Of a stretch of 64,000 bases of DNA, positions 19,676-29,612 are shown in pieces. The number at the start of each line of letters is the position of its first letter. Position 1 is the stretch's first letter. The notes below the pieces were generated by a model that saw nothing but the letters and a program-made list of their open reading frames with translations, ran no database searches and was not told the origin of the DNA. Source of the stretch: Methanobacteriota archaeon (GTDB taxonomy: Archaea > Thermoplasmatota > Thermoplasmata > Thermoplasmatales > GCA-001856825); the NCBI GenBank assembly GCA_017857235.1, contig JAFMDN010000002.1, forward strand, positions 13,541-77,540. Direction: 5' to 3'. The translations under genes and the position numbers were made by a program.

Positions 19676-22214
19676 ATATTGATGCGCAACAATGCTTGCC
19701 ACATTTTATCTTCTTTCCGTTAAAAGAATTCTCCTCTACGATCTCAAAATCCCCTTCTTCCAAAGTATATCCCTTTATAGTTCTCTCCTTTAGCAATGAT
19801 GGATTTTCACGCACTAGCTTCAATATTTCATTGGAATCTCCTTTAAATTTTTTATATCCATTGGCTGACAATTTAATATCAACTATCTCAGTTTTAAAGT
19901 TTTCCTTTAATATACTGATGTTTTTAATGTTTAAAGTACCCATTATTTCCTCCAGATCAAATTCCTCACTCCCCTTTGGAACTATGATTGCATTTTCTAC
20001 CTCTTGATTCAAAGGAATCTTTAGTGCTGCTTTTTCTGACCTTAATATGGATATGGCTTCGATTGTAGATTCACCGATTTTAGATTGATTTTCATCGTAT
20101 TCAGATGGTTCAGGCCATGAAAGATGCTGTATACTTTTCTTGCCTTCCTTGTCCCTGAAAACCCTTTGATAGGAATCCTCTGAAATAAATGGTAACATTG
20201 GTGAAAGCATTATTATGGATTTCAATATGGTATTGTAAAGATTTTTAAACGTCTCCTTGCCAGAGATTCTATGCTTTACAACCTCTATGTAATTATCTGC
20301 GAGATCGTGCCATACAAAATCTTCAATGATTTTCATAGCTTTATCAAAAGAATATTGATCCATATACAACGTTGATTCTCTAATTGTTTGGGAGAGGCGT
20401 TGATTTATCCAGTGATCCACTGGTCTTAACTTATCTTCAGTCCTCTCAATACCATTGGCGAAAATTAGAAAATTCACTATATTGTATATCTTATTGATAA
20501 ACCTTTGACCCCTAACCATATCCCTTTCTTTAAAAGGTGTATCTTCCCCAAGACTGCATTGCGATGTAAAATACCTGAATGGATCTGCACCGTATTTATC
20601 TATAAGCACCAGAGGATCAATTACATTTCCCCAACTTGCATGCATGGGTCTTCCATCCGGTGCCATTATGTTACCATCTACCATTATCTCATACCAAGGA
20701 ATTTTTCCTGTTAGTAGCTTAGATCTAAGTATTGTATAGAAAGCCCATGTTCTGATTATATCCTGCCCTTGAGGCCTGAAACTCAGTGGATAAAGCTTTT
20801 CGAATAATTTTGGATCCCTGGCATAAAATGCCAGGAACATCGGTGATATAGATGAGTCCATCCATGTATCGAAAACCTCATCGCTTGGCTCTAAGTTCTC
20901 ATTGCATATAGGGCATTTCTCTACTGGGGGTTTATCTATTAATGGATCAACATAGCATTGATCCTTCTTTGCGGGAATGATGTGGCCATTTTTACAATAC
21001 CAAACAGGAATTGGAGTTGCAAAATACCTTTGCCTGGAAATTACCCAGTCCCAGGACAATGAATTTATCCATTCTTCTAATCTAACTCTCATAAATTCTG
21101 GATACCATTTTATTTGTCTGGCAGCTTTTATAAGCTCCTCTTTGAAATCAAGCGTTTTAATAAACCATTGTTCTTTTTGCAGGAATTCTAGGGAATGCCC
21201 GCAGCGCCAGCAAGTTCCAACATTGTGTTTAATCTTCTTTTGCGAAATAAGAAAACCTGAACTTTTTAAATCCTCCAGAATTGCTTTTTTAGCTTCATCG
21301 GCATCAAGCCCAGCAAATTTCCCTGCAATAGAAGTTAATCTCCCCCTTTCATCTAGACTTTTCAGAAATGGCAAACCGTGGCTATAGATCATTTTTAGAT
21401 CATCCTTGTCTCCGACGCTGCAAACCATTTCTGCTCCTGTCCCAAAGTCCATAAGCACATTTTCATCCCCTATAATCTTTACCTTTTTACCGAACAATGG
21501 AACCTCTACTTCTTTTCCAATCAAATGTTTGTACCTCTCATCATTGGGATTGACAGCTATTGCAAGACACGCAGGTAGGAGTTCTGGCCTTGTGGTTGAA
21601 ATTGTGATTTCAAAATTGTCTCCTTTGAATATTATATCATTTAATAAAACATCCCGCTCTTCATAAACAATCTCTGATTCTGCTAACGCTGTTTCACACC
21701 TCGGGCACCAATTCACTGGATGCAACGCCCTGTAAGCCAGATTTCTCTCAAGCAATTCTAGAAATGTTATCTGAGTTATCTTCCTGTAATATTCGGCATC
21801 CGTTCTATAATATAATGATTGGTCAAGTGAAACTCCCAGTATATTGAACTGTTCTATCATTCCATTTATATTTTCATTAGCAAATTGTTCACAGAGTTTA
21901 TTAAATTCTTCCCTCTTATAGTCCTTCATCCTTATTTTATATTTTTTCTCCACATTTACCTCTATAGGCATTCCATTAACATCAAAACATAACGGGAAGA
22001 AAACTTCAAAACCTCTAAGTCTTTTATATCTAGCAACGAAATCCATATGTGTATAATGGAATGAATGGCCAATGTGTAGCCTTCCACTGGCATATCTTGG
22101 CGGAACGTCTATGCTGAATGTTGGTTTTTCACTATTAAAATTATATTGAAATATTCTTTCCCTCTGCCAAAAATCCATCCAGGCTTTTTCACTCTTCTTA
22201 ATATCGTAGGGCAT
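19668..22214 (-). CDS. valS: valine--tRNA ligase
   Basis: PP.ASG.LHIGH, WCPRCETALA, TTRPEL, DW.ISRQRYFATPIP, DTWMDSS, QGQDIIRTW. Probable start MPYDIK at 22214; KMSKS equivalent is PMHAS. Confidence 0.95.
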   Translation of the reverse strand: MPYDIKKSEKAWMDFWQRERIFQYNFNSEKPTFSIDVPPRYASGRLHIGHSFHYTHMDFVARYKRLRGFEVFFPLCFDVNGMPIEVNVEKKYKIRMKDYKREEFNKLCEQFANENINGMIEQFNILGVSLDQSLYYRTDAEYYRKITQITFLELLERNLAYRALHPVNWCPRCETALAESEIVYEERDVLLNDIIFKGDNFEITISTTRPELLPACLAIAVNPNDERYKHLIGKEVEVPLFGKKVKIIGDENVLMDFGTGAEMVCSVGDKDDLKMIYSHGLPFLKSLDERGRLTSIAGKFAGLDADEAKKAILEDLKSSGFLISQKKIKHNVGTCWRCGHSLEFLQKEQWFIKTLDFKEELIKAARQIKWYPEFMRVRLEEWINSLSWDWVISRQRYFATPIPVWYCKNGHIIPAKKDQCYVDPLIDKPPVEKCPICNENLEPSDEVFDTWMDSSISPMFLAFYARDPKLFEKLYPLSFRPQGQDIIRTWAFYTILRSKLLTGKIPWYEIMVDGNIMAPDGRPMHASWGNVIDPLVLIDKYGADPFRYFTSQCSLGEDTPFKERDMVRGQRFINKIYNIVNFLIFANGIERTEDKLRPVDHWINQRLSQTIRESTLYMDQYSFDKAMKIIEDFVWHDLADNYIEVVKHRISGKETFKNLYNTILKSIIMLSPMLPFISEDSYQRVFRDKEGKKSIQHLSWPEPSEYDENQSKIGESTIEAISILRSEKAALKIPLNQEVENAIIVPKGSEEFDLEEIMGTLNIKNISILKENFKTEIVDIKLSANGYKKFKGDSNEILKLVRENPSLLKERTIKGYTLEEGDFEIVEENSFNGKKIKCGKHCCASIYV

Positions 22215-22449
22215 TGCGCGTACATATTGGCAATATAAAAAAACTTTGCTAAGATTGCACAAATAATGATTCATTGCATTTTGTACTCGATAGTGGTAAA
22301 ATGTGCTTTCTATAATGTTACCTTTTTATTGACAATATTAGGAATACATCTTGAAATACATTCGATAATATCCTGTGATTTATGAAAAGATAAAAGGTTA
22401 AAAATTAAAGGATGCTATTAACTATATGATATCATTATTCTAATCGTCA

Positions 22450-22902
22450 TCAAATCTCTATGAGCCCATTCCCCTTACTTATCTCATCAATTTTTATAAG
22501 CATCTTAGCAAGTGACTCAATAGCCCTTGATGAATATTCATCTACTCTGTCCACAGCCTGGTCATGGGTTGCTCCCGGACCAACTATGCCCAGGGTCACT
22601 GGCTTATCAAATTGATCAGAGAGGTCCAAAATTTTCCTTACTGATTGGTTGATTATTAGCTCGTCGTGTTTCGTTTCTCCCTTAATAACTGCACCAAGCA
22701 CGGCTACCCCTTTTAAATCTTTGTCTTGAAGTAGCTTCTTCACGGCAAGTGGCATATCGTAGACGCCTGGAACCTTCACAAGCCATTTAACTTCCAGTCC
22801 TAAAAGTGATGCATGTTCCATAGCTTTTTTAGACATCATATAGGTTATATCGTAATTAAATTCTGAAACCACTATTCCTATCTTGTTTGTCATTTCTATC
22901 AT
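22450..22902 (-). CDS. ribH: 6,7-dimethyl-8-ribityllumazine synthase
   Basis: IVVSEFN, VPG.YDMP, LGAVIKGETKHD, KPV.LG..GPG. Confidence 0.95.
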   Translation of the reverse strand: MIEMTNKIGIVVSEFNYDITYMMSKKAMEHASLLGLEVKWLVKVPGVYDMPLAVKKLLQDKDLKGVAVLGAVIKGETKHDELIINQSVRKILDLSDQFDKPVTLGIVGPGATHDQAVDRVDEYSSRAIESLAKMLIKIDEISKGNGLIEI

Positions 22903-23366
22903 TCCCTTAATGGCCCTGCATGATTATAACCTTGCCTTAAACCTTTACCTGCATACGGAGTAAGTGCTTCCCCACCTTCTATCACCAGTTTAACTAAATT
23001 CTCAGCGTGTTTCCTTGCCCTGTCCGTTGCAATATTTAATAAACTCTCTTCATTTTCAGACTCATCTTCATGTATTGTTACATCCATTATGTGCTTTTTA
23101 TAATATATCTGAACATTAATCAATCCTGTACTTGCGGCCAAATAACTGTATTTGTCTAATTTAGTTTTACCAACCCAGCCTAGTGTAATGACTCCATCAC
23201 ATCCCATTTCGAATAATTTTGCGGCAGCCACTGGAAGATCCTTAATACCTGGTACAGTATATCTAACTATCGTGGAATTTGGAGATAATTTTCTAATAGT
23301 TTCTATAGCTATTTTTCCCATGTCTACCCTTGAGAAAGTTGTATCTGCAACTCCAAACTTGATCAT
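22899..23366 (-). CDS. ribC: archaeal-type riboflavin synthase
   Basis: DTTFSRVDMG, TVPGIKDLPVA, HEDE, G.G.RQG. Confidence 0.95.
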   Translation of the reverse strand: MIKFGVADTTFSRVDMGKIAIETIRKLSPNSTIVRYTVPGIKDLPVAAAKLFEMGCDGVITLGWVGKTKLDKYSYLAASTGLINVQIYYKKHIMDVTIHEDESENEESLLNIATDRARKHAENLVKLVIEGGEALTPYAGKGLRQGYNHAGPLRE

Positions 23367-24025
23367 TTAAACAACTCCAGTATCTCCTTCCCTTCCACAA
23401 ATATATAGCCATTTAAATTGGCATAATCCATAGCCTTATCCTTTGACAGACTCTTTCCTGAATCAAGCATTTCGGCAATTACCATGCTTCCTTTCAAACC
23501 TAAAAATTCCGCCAATGAAGTAACAAGTTCTGTATGCCCTTTCCTTTCTTTCAAGCCTCTGGAAATCAAAATAGGTACATGCCCAGGTGAATAAAATTTC
23601 TCCCTAAATAGGTCGTAACGCTTTTCACTATCCAGCAAATCATGAAGCTCCCTGATTGTTGTAGCCCTGTCAATATCGCTGATTCCAGTTTTAACATTTA
23701 CACTGTTAACCCATAATGAAAAGGATGGGTAATCACCATATTTTGGTCTTTTGACAAGTCTGGAGTATGCCTTATTTTCCTTTAATAGATTAACCATGAA
23801 ATCTATTCCCAGTTCTTCGGCTTCATTTTTATCTATGACATAACATATCAAACCGCCTGCCTGAGTTCTAAGTGTGTGAATCGATTCCCAGCTTATAGCT
23901 CCCGCATAAAATACCATATCAGCTTCTTCTTCCCTTCCATCAAAATCATATACTATTATGGGCTTTCCTTTCAATAGATCAGATCTGATTAGGTCGATCT
24001 TTGTTTCAAGTGTATTTTTCATCAT
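23363..24025 (-). CDS. ribB: 3,4-dihydroxy-2-butanone-4-phosphate synthase
   Basis: D..GREEE.D, GGLIC, TGISD.DR..T, PGH, R.GHTE, EML. Confidence 0.95.
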   Translation of the reverse strand: MMKNTLETKIDLIRSDLLKGKPIIVYDFDGREEEADMVFYAGAISWESIHTLRTQAGGLICYVIDKNEAEELGIDFMVNLLKENKAYSRLVKRPKYGDYPSFSLWVNSVNVKTGISDIDRATTIRELHDLLDSEKRYDLFREKFYSPGHVPILISRGLKERKGHTELVTSLAEFLGLKGSMVIAEMLDSGKSLSKDKAMDYANLNGYIFVEGKEILELFK

Positions 24026-24077
24026 TAGTTAATCAAAATTCTGTATAAATGTATTTCCATTTTTTTGGTATTACTAA

Positions 24078-25016
24078 TTATTTGGTAATGAACACCAAAA
24101 CCATATATAAAATATAAAACAGAAGGCCCATCAAGAAAATATTATTATACTTATCTGAAAACCTTGCCCCCAGATAAAACAAAACGCTGTTGACAAATAT
24201 AACCATTAATAAAATAAAAGTCCCTAAACTATAATAAAAAAACCCTAAAAATAGAGCCAATGCAGGATAAATAGTTATGAATATTAAAGATTCGCCAACC
24301 ATATTTCCGATTGCAAGTTCCAGTTTCCCCTTCCTCCCCCAGAAAATAGAATTCATCAATTCGGGAAGTATGGTACCTATAGGTATCAATATAAGTGATG
24401 CATAAAAAGTGGGAATCTTTAACTCTGTGGATATAGCCTTTATGCTATGCAAAAGGAAATAAGATGAAATCATTAACAATATTCCGGATAATATAACAAG
24501 CATGATTCCCTTGAAGTAATTATAATTCTCATCTGCTTCATTAACATAGCTTTCATTCTTTCTAGAACTACCTAAGGTTGTAATAATATAAATTGAAACT
24601 AGAAATATTGCAGAAATATAATTTCCATAAGAAATCCATTTGCCAAAGAAAATTATCAAGCTCGAGATTGCAATATATAAAAAAAGCTCAACGTTCTGAA
24701 CTTTTTCCTTGTTGGGTGTCCTTATTTTAAATATAAATATAGAAAATAGGAAAAACCCTAACGAAAGAACAGTAAAAGGTTCTCCCAAAACAACTCCGTT
24801 TATAACTTCTTCAGACTGATCCTTACTCAGGATTAGAAGCGATATAATTATTATAACCAATTCTGGTGCCGAAGTGAATAATGGTGCAATGACTGAACCT
24901 ATTGTTCTCATTGAAAATCCTCTATCACTGAACAATTTTTCCAGGTTTTCCGTAAATACATAGGAAGAGATCATTATACCTACGAATGATGCTACCAGAG
25001 CTATAGCTTCAAGCAA
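24078..25016 (-). CDS. sodium:calcium antiporter family (CaCA) membrane protein
   Basis: Two alpha repeats (TSAPE...G and GT.LPE...GN..G); about 10 TM segments. Confidence 0.82.
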   Translation of the reverse strand: MLEAIALVASFVGIMISSYVFTENLEKLFSDRGFSMRTIGSVIAPLFTSAPELVIIIISLLILSKDQSEEVINGVVLGEPFTVLSLGFFLFSIFIFKIRTPNKEKVQNVELFLYIAISSLIIFFGKWISYGNYISAIFLVSIYIITTLGSSRKNESYVNEADENYNYFKGIMLVILSGILLMISSYFLLHSIKAISTELKIPTFYASLILIPIGTILPELMNSIFWGRKGKLELAIGNMVGESLIFITIYPALALFLGFFYYSLGTFILLMVIFVNSVLFYLGARFSDKYNNIFLMGLLFYILYMVLVFITK

Positions 25017-25079
25017 TTTCTTTCCTCTAGAGATTTGAAAAAGGTTTAAAACTTTTTATGGTATTATTAATATAGTATA

Positions 25080-26579
25080 GTGGATTTTTCTCCCCTTCTC
25101 AGGTCCGAATTGATTGAAAAGAGGGATTATCAGATCTCTATAGCTGATTCCTGCGTAAAAAGCAATACCCTAGTTGTACTGCCCACTGCATTAGGGAAAA
25201 CCGTCATTGCCATATTGGCAATTTCAAAATTGATTGAGAATGGTGGGAAGGCCATATTTGTTGCACCCACAAGGCCTTTAGTTCATCAGCATAGATCAAG
25301 CCTCATTAAATTTTTGAAATTAAATGAAGATGAAATATGTGAATTGAATGGTTCGATTCCCAAACAAAGAAGGAAAGAGCTTTACAGAACTTGCAGGATC
25401 ATAATTTCCACCCCTCAGGTCATCGAGAATGATTTGGAATTCTTAACTGAAATAAAAGATCAATTCAAAGTGCTGGTTATTGATGAAGCTCATCGGGCGA
25501 TTGGAAATTATTCTTACGTTCATATTGCTGAATCCTTCAAAGATTCTGCAAGGATTATAGCAATGACTGCTTCACCTGGAGGTGATGTCAAAAAAATCAA
25601 CCAAATAATGAATAATCTCGGTATTCAGAATTTAGAGATAAGAGACGAAAATTCACCAGACGTAAAGCAATATATTGAGGGAATAGAGGTAAAATGGATC
25701 AATGTAGATATTCCTGTTCAGATGAAGAGGGCTATTGAAAAGATTAGAGAAATGTTGAATGATAAGTTAGAAAAATTAAATAATTTTGGTTTTAATTTAA
25801 AAGGAAATTCTCGAAAGGAACTGATAGAGATAGGGGAGACAATCTCGCTGAAGATAAGGGAAGGTGATAAGAGATTTTATTCAGCCGCTAGATTAAGATC
25901 CCAGGCTATAGCACTTGACCTTATATTGGAATTTGCAGAAACCCAGGGTCTTCTGCCTCTAATTGAATATCTAAAAGAGCATCAAAAGGATGAAAAGACG
26001 AACTTTAATTCCATTATCAACTCAGTAGAATTTAGAAAGTTGTATGATGAACTTATTTCATTATCAAAAGAACCTATGGAAAAACATACACCGAAAATTC
26101 CTAAGATTCTTGAGCTTATTAGCATGAACAATGTTAAGACCATTGTCTTTTGCCATTATAGAATAACCGCTACAATACTTTCAAACCTGCTTAATAAAAA
26201 TGGTATATCGTCAGAAAGATTTATAGGACAAAGCGATAGGTTAGGAGATAAGGGTTTAAAACAGTCACAGCAAAAGGAAATACTCGAAAGATTTAGAGAG
26301 GGATCTTTTAAAGTTCTTGTGGCTACTCAAGTTGGAGAAGAAGGTTTGGATGTACCTTACGCAGACATGGTTATTTTTTATGAGCCTGTACCTAGTGAGA
26401 TTAGAAGCATCCAAAGGAGAGGGCGGACCGGAAGATTCTCCAAGGGTCTTGTTTACATACTGGTTACAAAAGGAACGAGAGATTATTCTTATCTATATTC
26501 TGCGAGAAGGAAAGAATTTAAGATGAAAACTATACTTAAGGGCCAGAAAAAACAGCATAAACTTGATGAATTCTTATGA
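25080..26579 (+). CDS. hef: Hef/FANCM-like SF2 helicase lacking the ERCC4 nuclease domain
   Basis: R.YQ, LPTALGKT, APTRPLV.QH, DEAHRA.G.Y.Y, MTASPG, EEGLD.P, QR.GRTGR; protein ends QHKLDEFL. Confidence 0.85.
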   Translation: MDFSPLLRSELIEKRDYQISIADSCVKSNTLVVLPTALGKTVIAILAISKLIENGGKAIFVAPTRPLVHQHRSSLIKFLKLNEDEICELNGSIPKQRRKELYRTCRIIISTPQVIENDLEFLTEIKDQFKVLVIDEAHRAIGNYSYVHIAESFKDSARIIAMTASPGGDVKKINQIMNNLGIQNLEIRDENSPDVKQYIEGIEVKWINVDIPVQMKRAIEKIREMLNDKLEKLNNFGFNLKGNSRKELIEIGETISLKIREGDKRFYSAARLRSQAIALDLILEFAETQGLLPLIEYLKEHQKDEKTNFNSIINSVEFRKLYDELISLSKEPMEKHTPKIPKILELISMNNVKTIVFCHYRITATILSNLLNKNGISSERFIGQSDRLGDKGLKQSQQKEILERFREGSFKVLVATQVGEEGLDVPYADMVIFYEPVPSEIRSIQRRGRTGRFSKGLVYILVTKGTRDYSYLYSARRKEFKMKTILKGQKKQHKLDEFL

Positions 26580-28817
26580 AGATAGGGATTCAATAACTGA
26601 CCTGTTTAGCTTGTTGAGCAATTCCTTTTCACTTTTTATAACAATTCCTTGTATCCCTTTCAATAAAGCCTTTCCCATATCCTCATAGAACTTTGGTAGT
26701 TTGCTTAGCCTTAATATTGCTTCATCTTCTGAAATATTGGCAGAGATATATTCCAAAAGAATAAAGAACATTTTTTTATCTTCACCTATTATTTTTTCCC
26801 ATTCTAATTTTCCTGGCATTTTTCTGAACAACACATATTCTAGGAATTTTACCCTTACTGTATCCTCCTGTATCAATATTTCATTACCACTCTTTTCTAT
26901 CCTTTTTAATGCTCTTTTGAAATTATCATAAGCTTTTTCAAACCTTCCATTGTAAAATTCTATTTCTCCTTCCCAAAAAGCATATTCTTCAGAATATTTG
27001 TCTCCTAATTTCCTTGCCATTTGTAATAAGTTCCCGTTATCAAATCCTGCTATCTCTTTTAACAATGATAATTTGTATAAATAGCTAGATATTTCTAAGA
27101 AATTGCCCTTTTCTATTATCATGTTGAGAGCCTTCGTTAACGTTTCAATTGCTTCATTTAAATTCCATTCATATAAGTATATATCTGAATAAGAAAAATA
27201 ACCATTAGCTAAGCCTACTTTGGCTAAATCTTGGTTTCTTAATCTTATTAGCTCTTCAATAAGCTCTTTGGCCTTTTTGAAATCTAACAATTCTATAGCT
27301 ATTGGAACCATATTGCCTGTAGTAGTTGAAAAGCTCCATTCGTCGCCCATTTCCCTTGACAATTTCCTTGATTTTTCATAATATTCCAGTGATTTCTCAA
27401 GATCCATTGTCTGGTAACTTAGTATACCTAGATTGTTTAGTGATTTTGCCATGCATTCTTTTTCATTCTTTAATATGGCTATCTGGTATCCCTTTTCATA
27501 ATATCTCAATGCCAAAGAAATCTTATTCTTTTGAAGATATAGATTGCCCAGAAGCCTAAAAAGCTCGCAGTCAAAATTGGATACATCCAATATATCCTTA
27601 AGCCTTAAAAAAACCATTTCTGCTTCATCTATATTCCCTTTGCCCAATGCAACCTTTATAAAACCCCTATATAATTCTACCATCCCTTCTTTAGGAGTTG
27701 CTCCTTCTATAGAATTTAGGAACTTGTTTGCCTCGGAAAATCCGTAGTAATCAAATATAGCTTCTAGATATTTTTTAGCTTTTTCCCATTTTCCACTGAA
27801 ATAACCTTTTTCATCTAAACCTTCCAATATTTTTAAGGCTCTCCTTCTATTACCAATATTATAAAGGCTTATACTGTAGTAAAAATAATCATCATCAGAT
27901 GCTTCAGATATCCTGAACAACATTTCCATAGACTTTATCACGCTGTAATAATCACCTTTCTCGAATGGCTCTTTTATCATTTCCCTGATATTTCTGGCTG
28001 AATTCTCCCAGTCATCTGCATAATAGTATAGAAATGAAGCAAGTGATGGCACTTTAAGGTCTTTCTCTGATACTTTAGCGTACTCTATTAAAATTTTTTT
28101 AACGTCTTTAGATTTTCTTGGCTTTAGATCTTTTATGCCGGGGGTATCAATGAAAAAAGAATAACTGCCCTCAGTAATTATATCTTTCTCAACTATTTCC
28201 ATTATTTTATCATATAATTTCCTATCTTTTTGTAGGATGAACTTTTTTGGCACCAGGTAAATTAATTTCGATACTTCTGAAATACTTTCAGCGTATTCAT
28301 CAACTTTTTGCTTATCGTATCTTGACTCTAGTTTTTCGTATTTTATATTTGGTGTTAGGTTAGCAGCCAAAAGTTCTGCATACTTATTTCGGTCATCTTT
28401 TCTCATAATTATGAATGATGCATTAATTAGCAAATCTCTGAGCCTTTTGAAGTTATTAGTAAATTCATCATATGTAGCAGTAGCTAGAACATTAATCCCA
28501 TCATCCAAGAGCGATTTTAAAATTTCTGAAGATTTGCTATCAATAAATGATATCTCTGATATGAATATGCAATCAAATTTTGACTTTATAAATTCCTTAA
28601 TTTGTTTTAAATCTATACCTTCACTGGCGGCTAAATTTAAAAAAATTGAGTAATCAATTGATGAATATTCTTCAATGGTACCCAAAAGCAGATTAACTTT
28701 TGATGTACAGTATTTCATTACGAGTTTGTATGGAATTGTATTATCTGCTAGAATAATTCGAAATTGACCAACGCTGTCGCTGGAAAATTTATTCTTTTTA
28801 GTTTTATTTAATTCCAT
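26574..28817 (-). CDS. tetratricopeptide-repeat protein
   Basis: C-terminal TPRs, e.g. AKSLNNLGILSY...LEKSLEYYEKS; N-terminal half not clearly assignable. Confidence 0.75.
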   Translation of the reverse strand: MELNKTKKNKFSSDSVGQFRIILADNTIPYKLVMKYCTSKVNLLLGTIEEYSSIDYSIFLNLAASEGIDLKQIKEFIKSKFDCIFISEISFIDSKSSEILKSLLDDGINVLATATYDEFTNNFKRLRDLLINASFIIMRKDDRNKYAELLAANLTPNIKYEKLESRYDKQKVDEYAESISEVSKLIYLVPKKFILQKDRKLYDKIMEIVEKDIITEGSYSFFIDTPGIKDLKPRKSKDVKKILIEYAKVSEKDLKVPSLASFLYYYADDWENSARNIREMIKEPFEKGDYYSVIKSMEMLFRISEASDDDYFYYSISLYNIGNRRRALKILEGLDEKGYFSGKWEKAKKYLEAIFDYYGFSEANKFLNSIEGATPKEGMVELYRGFIKVALGKGNIDEAEMVFLRLKDILDVSNFDCELFRLLGNLYLQKNKISLALRYYEKGYQIAILKNEKECMAKSLNNLGILSYQTMDLEKSLEYYEKSRKLSREMGDEWSFSTTTGNMVPIAIELLDFKKAKELIEELIRLRNQDLAKVGLANGYFSYSDIYLYEWNLNEAIETLTKALNMIIEKGNFLEISSYLYKLSLLKEIAGFDNGNLLQMARKLGDKYSEEYAFWEGEIEFYNGRFEKAYDNFKRALKRIEKSGNEILIQEDTVRVKFLEYVLFRKMPGKLEWEKIIGEDKKMFFILLEYISANISEDEAILRLSKLPKFYEDMGKALLKGIQGIVIKSEKELLNKLNRSVIESLSS

Positions 28818-28895
28818 TTTATGATTATTTTATCCAAACTCTTAAATCCTTCCCTCTTAAGAATTTTATTTATCAATGTTCTTAATAGCCCTTGA

Positions 28896-29612
28896 ATGCA
28901 ACTGGATCTAAAAATGCTGAAAACAACTAAGTTAAAATTATTTCTGGATTATGATGGAACTCTAGTTCCATTGACCTCTAGACCTGAGGATGCAAAACCG
29001 GATGAAGATTTAATTAATTTACTGAACGATTTGGACAGAAAATTCCCGATGTTCTTAATCACAGGCAGGTCTGCGCGTGATATTCAAGATTTCCTTGATT
29101 CTAAATTCGAAATAATTGCAATGCATGGAGCCCAATTAATACATAAGGGAGAAAAACCAAGGTTTCTCCCAGGATTAGAAAAATTCGTAGAAATCTGCGA
29201 TCAATATTATTCTAAATTAAAATATCTTGAATCTGAATTTCCGGGATTAATGGTAATAAACAAAGGTGGAGGCATTCAATTCCATTATTATTATTTGAAA
29301 GGGGATTTAAATGAGCTCTTACCAATTATAATGGAAAATATCCCCCCTGGTATGGAGCTTTATTCTGGAAAATTTGTATTAGAATATCGAATAAAGGGTA
29401 TAAATAAAGGAAAGGCAATTTTACAGCATCTTGAAAATGGAGAAACTGCTCTATTTGCTGGCGATGATACAACTGATGAGGAGGCATTTGAGTTATTGAA
29501 AGATCATATTACCATTAAAGTTGGAGAAGGTGAGACAAAGGCGAACTATCGTGTTAAGGATTATAAAGAATTCAGAAATTTACTTTGGGGAATATCGAAT
29601 GAAAGTTTTTAA
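28896..29612 (+). CDS. otsB: trehalose-6-phosphate phosphatase
   Basis: LFLDYDGTL, ITGR, HG, NKG.A, GDDTTDE.AF. Confidence 0.92.
   Translation: MQLDLKMLKTTKLKLFLDYDGTLVPLTSRPEDAKPDEDLINLLNDLDRKFPMFLITGRSARDIQDFLDSKFEIIAMHGAQLIHKGEKPRFLPGLEKFVEICDQYYSKLKYLESEFPGLMVINKGGGIQFHYYYLKGDLNELLPIIMENIPPGMELYSGKFVLEYRIKGINKGKAILQHLENGETALFAGDDTTDEEAFELLKDHITIKVGEGETKANYRVKDYKEFRNLLWGISNESF

Noticed and set aside
24026-24077. FMN riboswitch or RbkR operator upstream of ribB
   Set aside because: Only 52 AT-rich nt, with no riboswitch core and no convincing palindrome.
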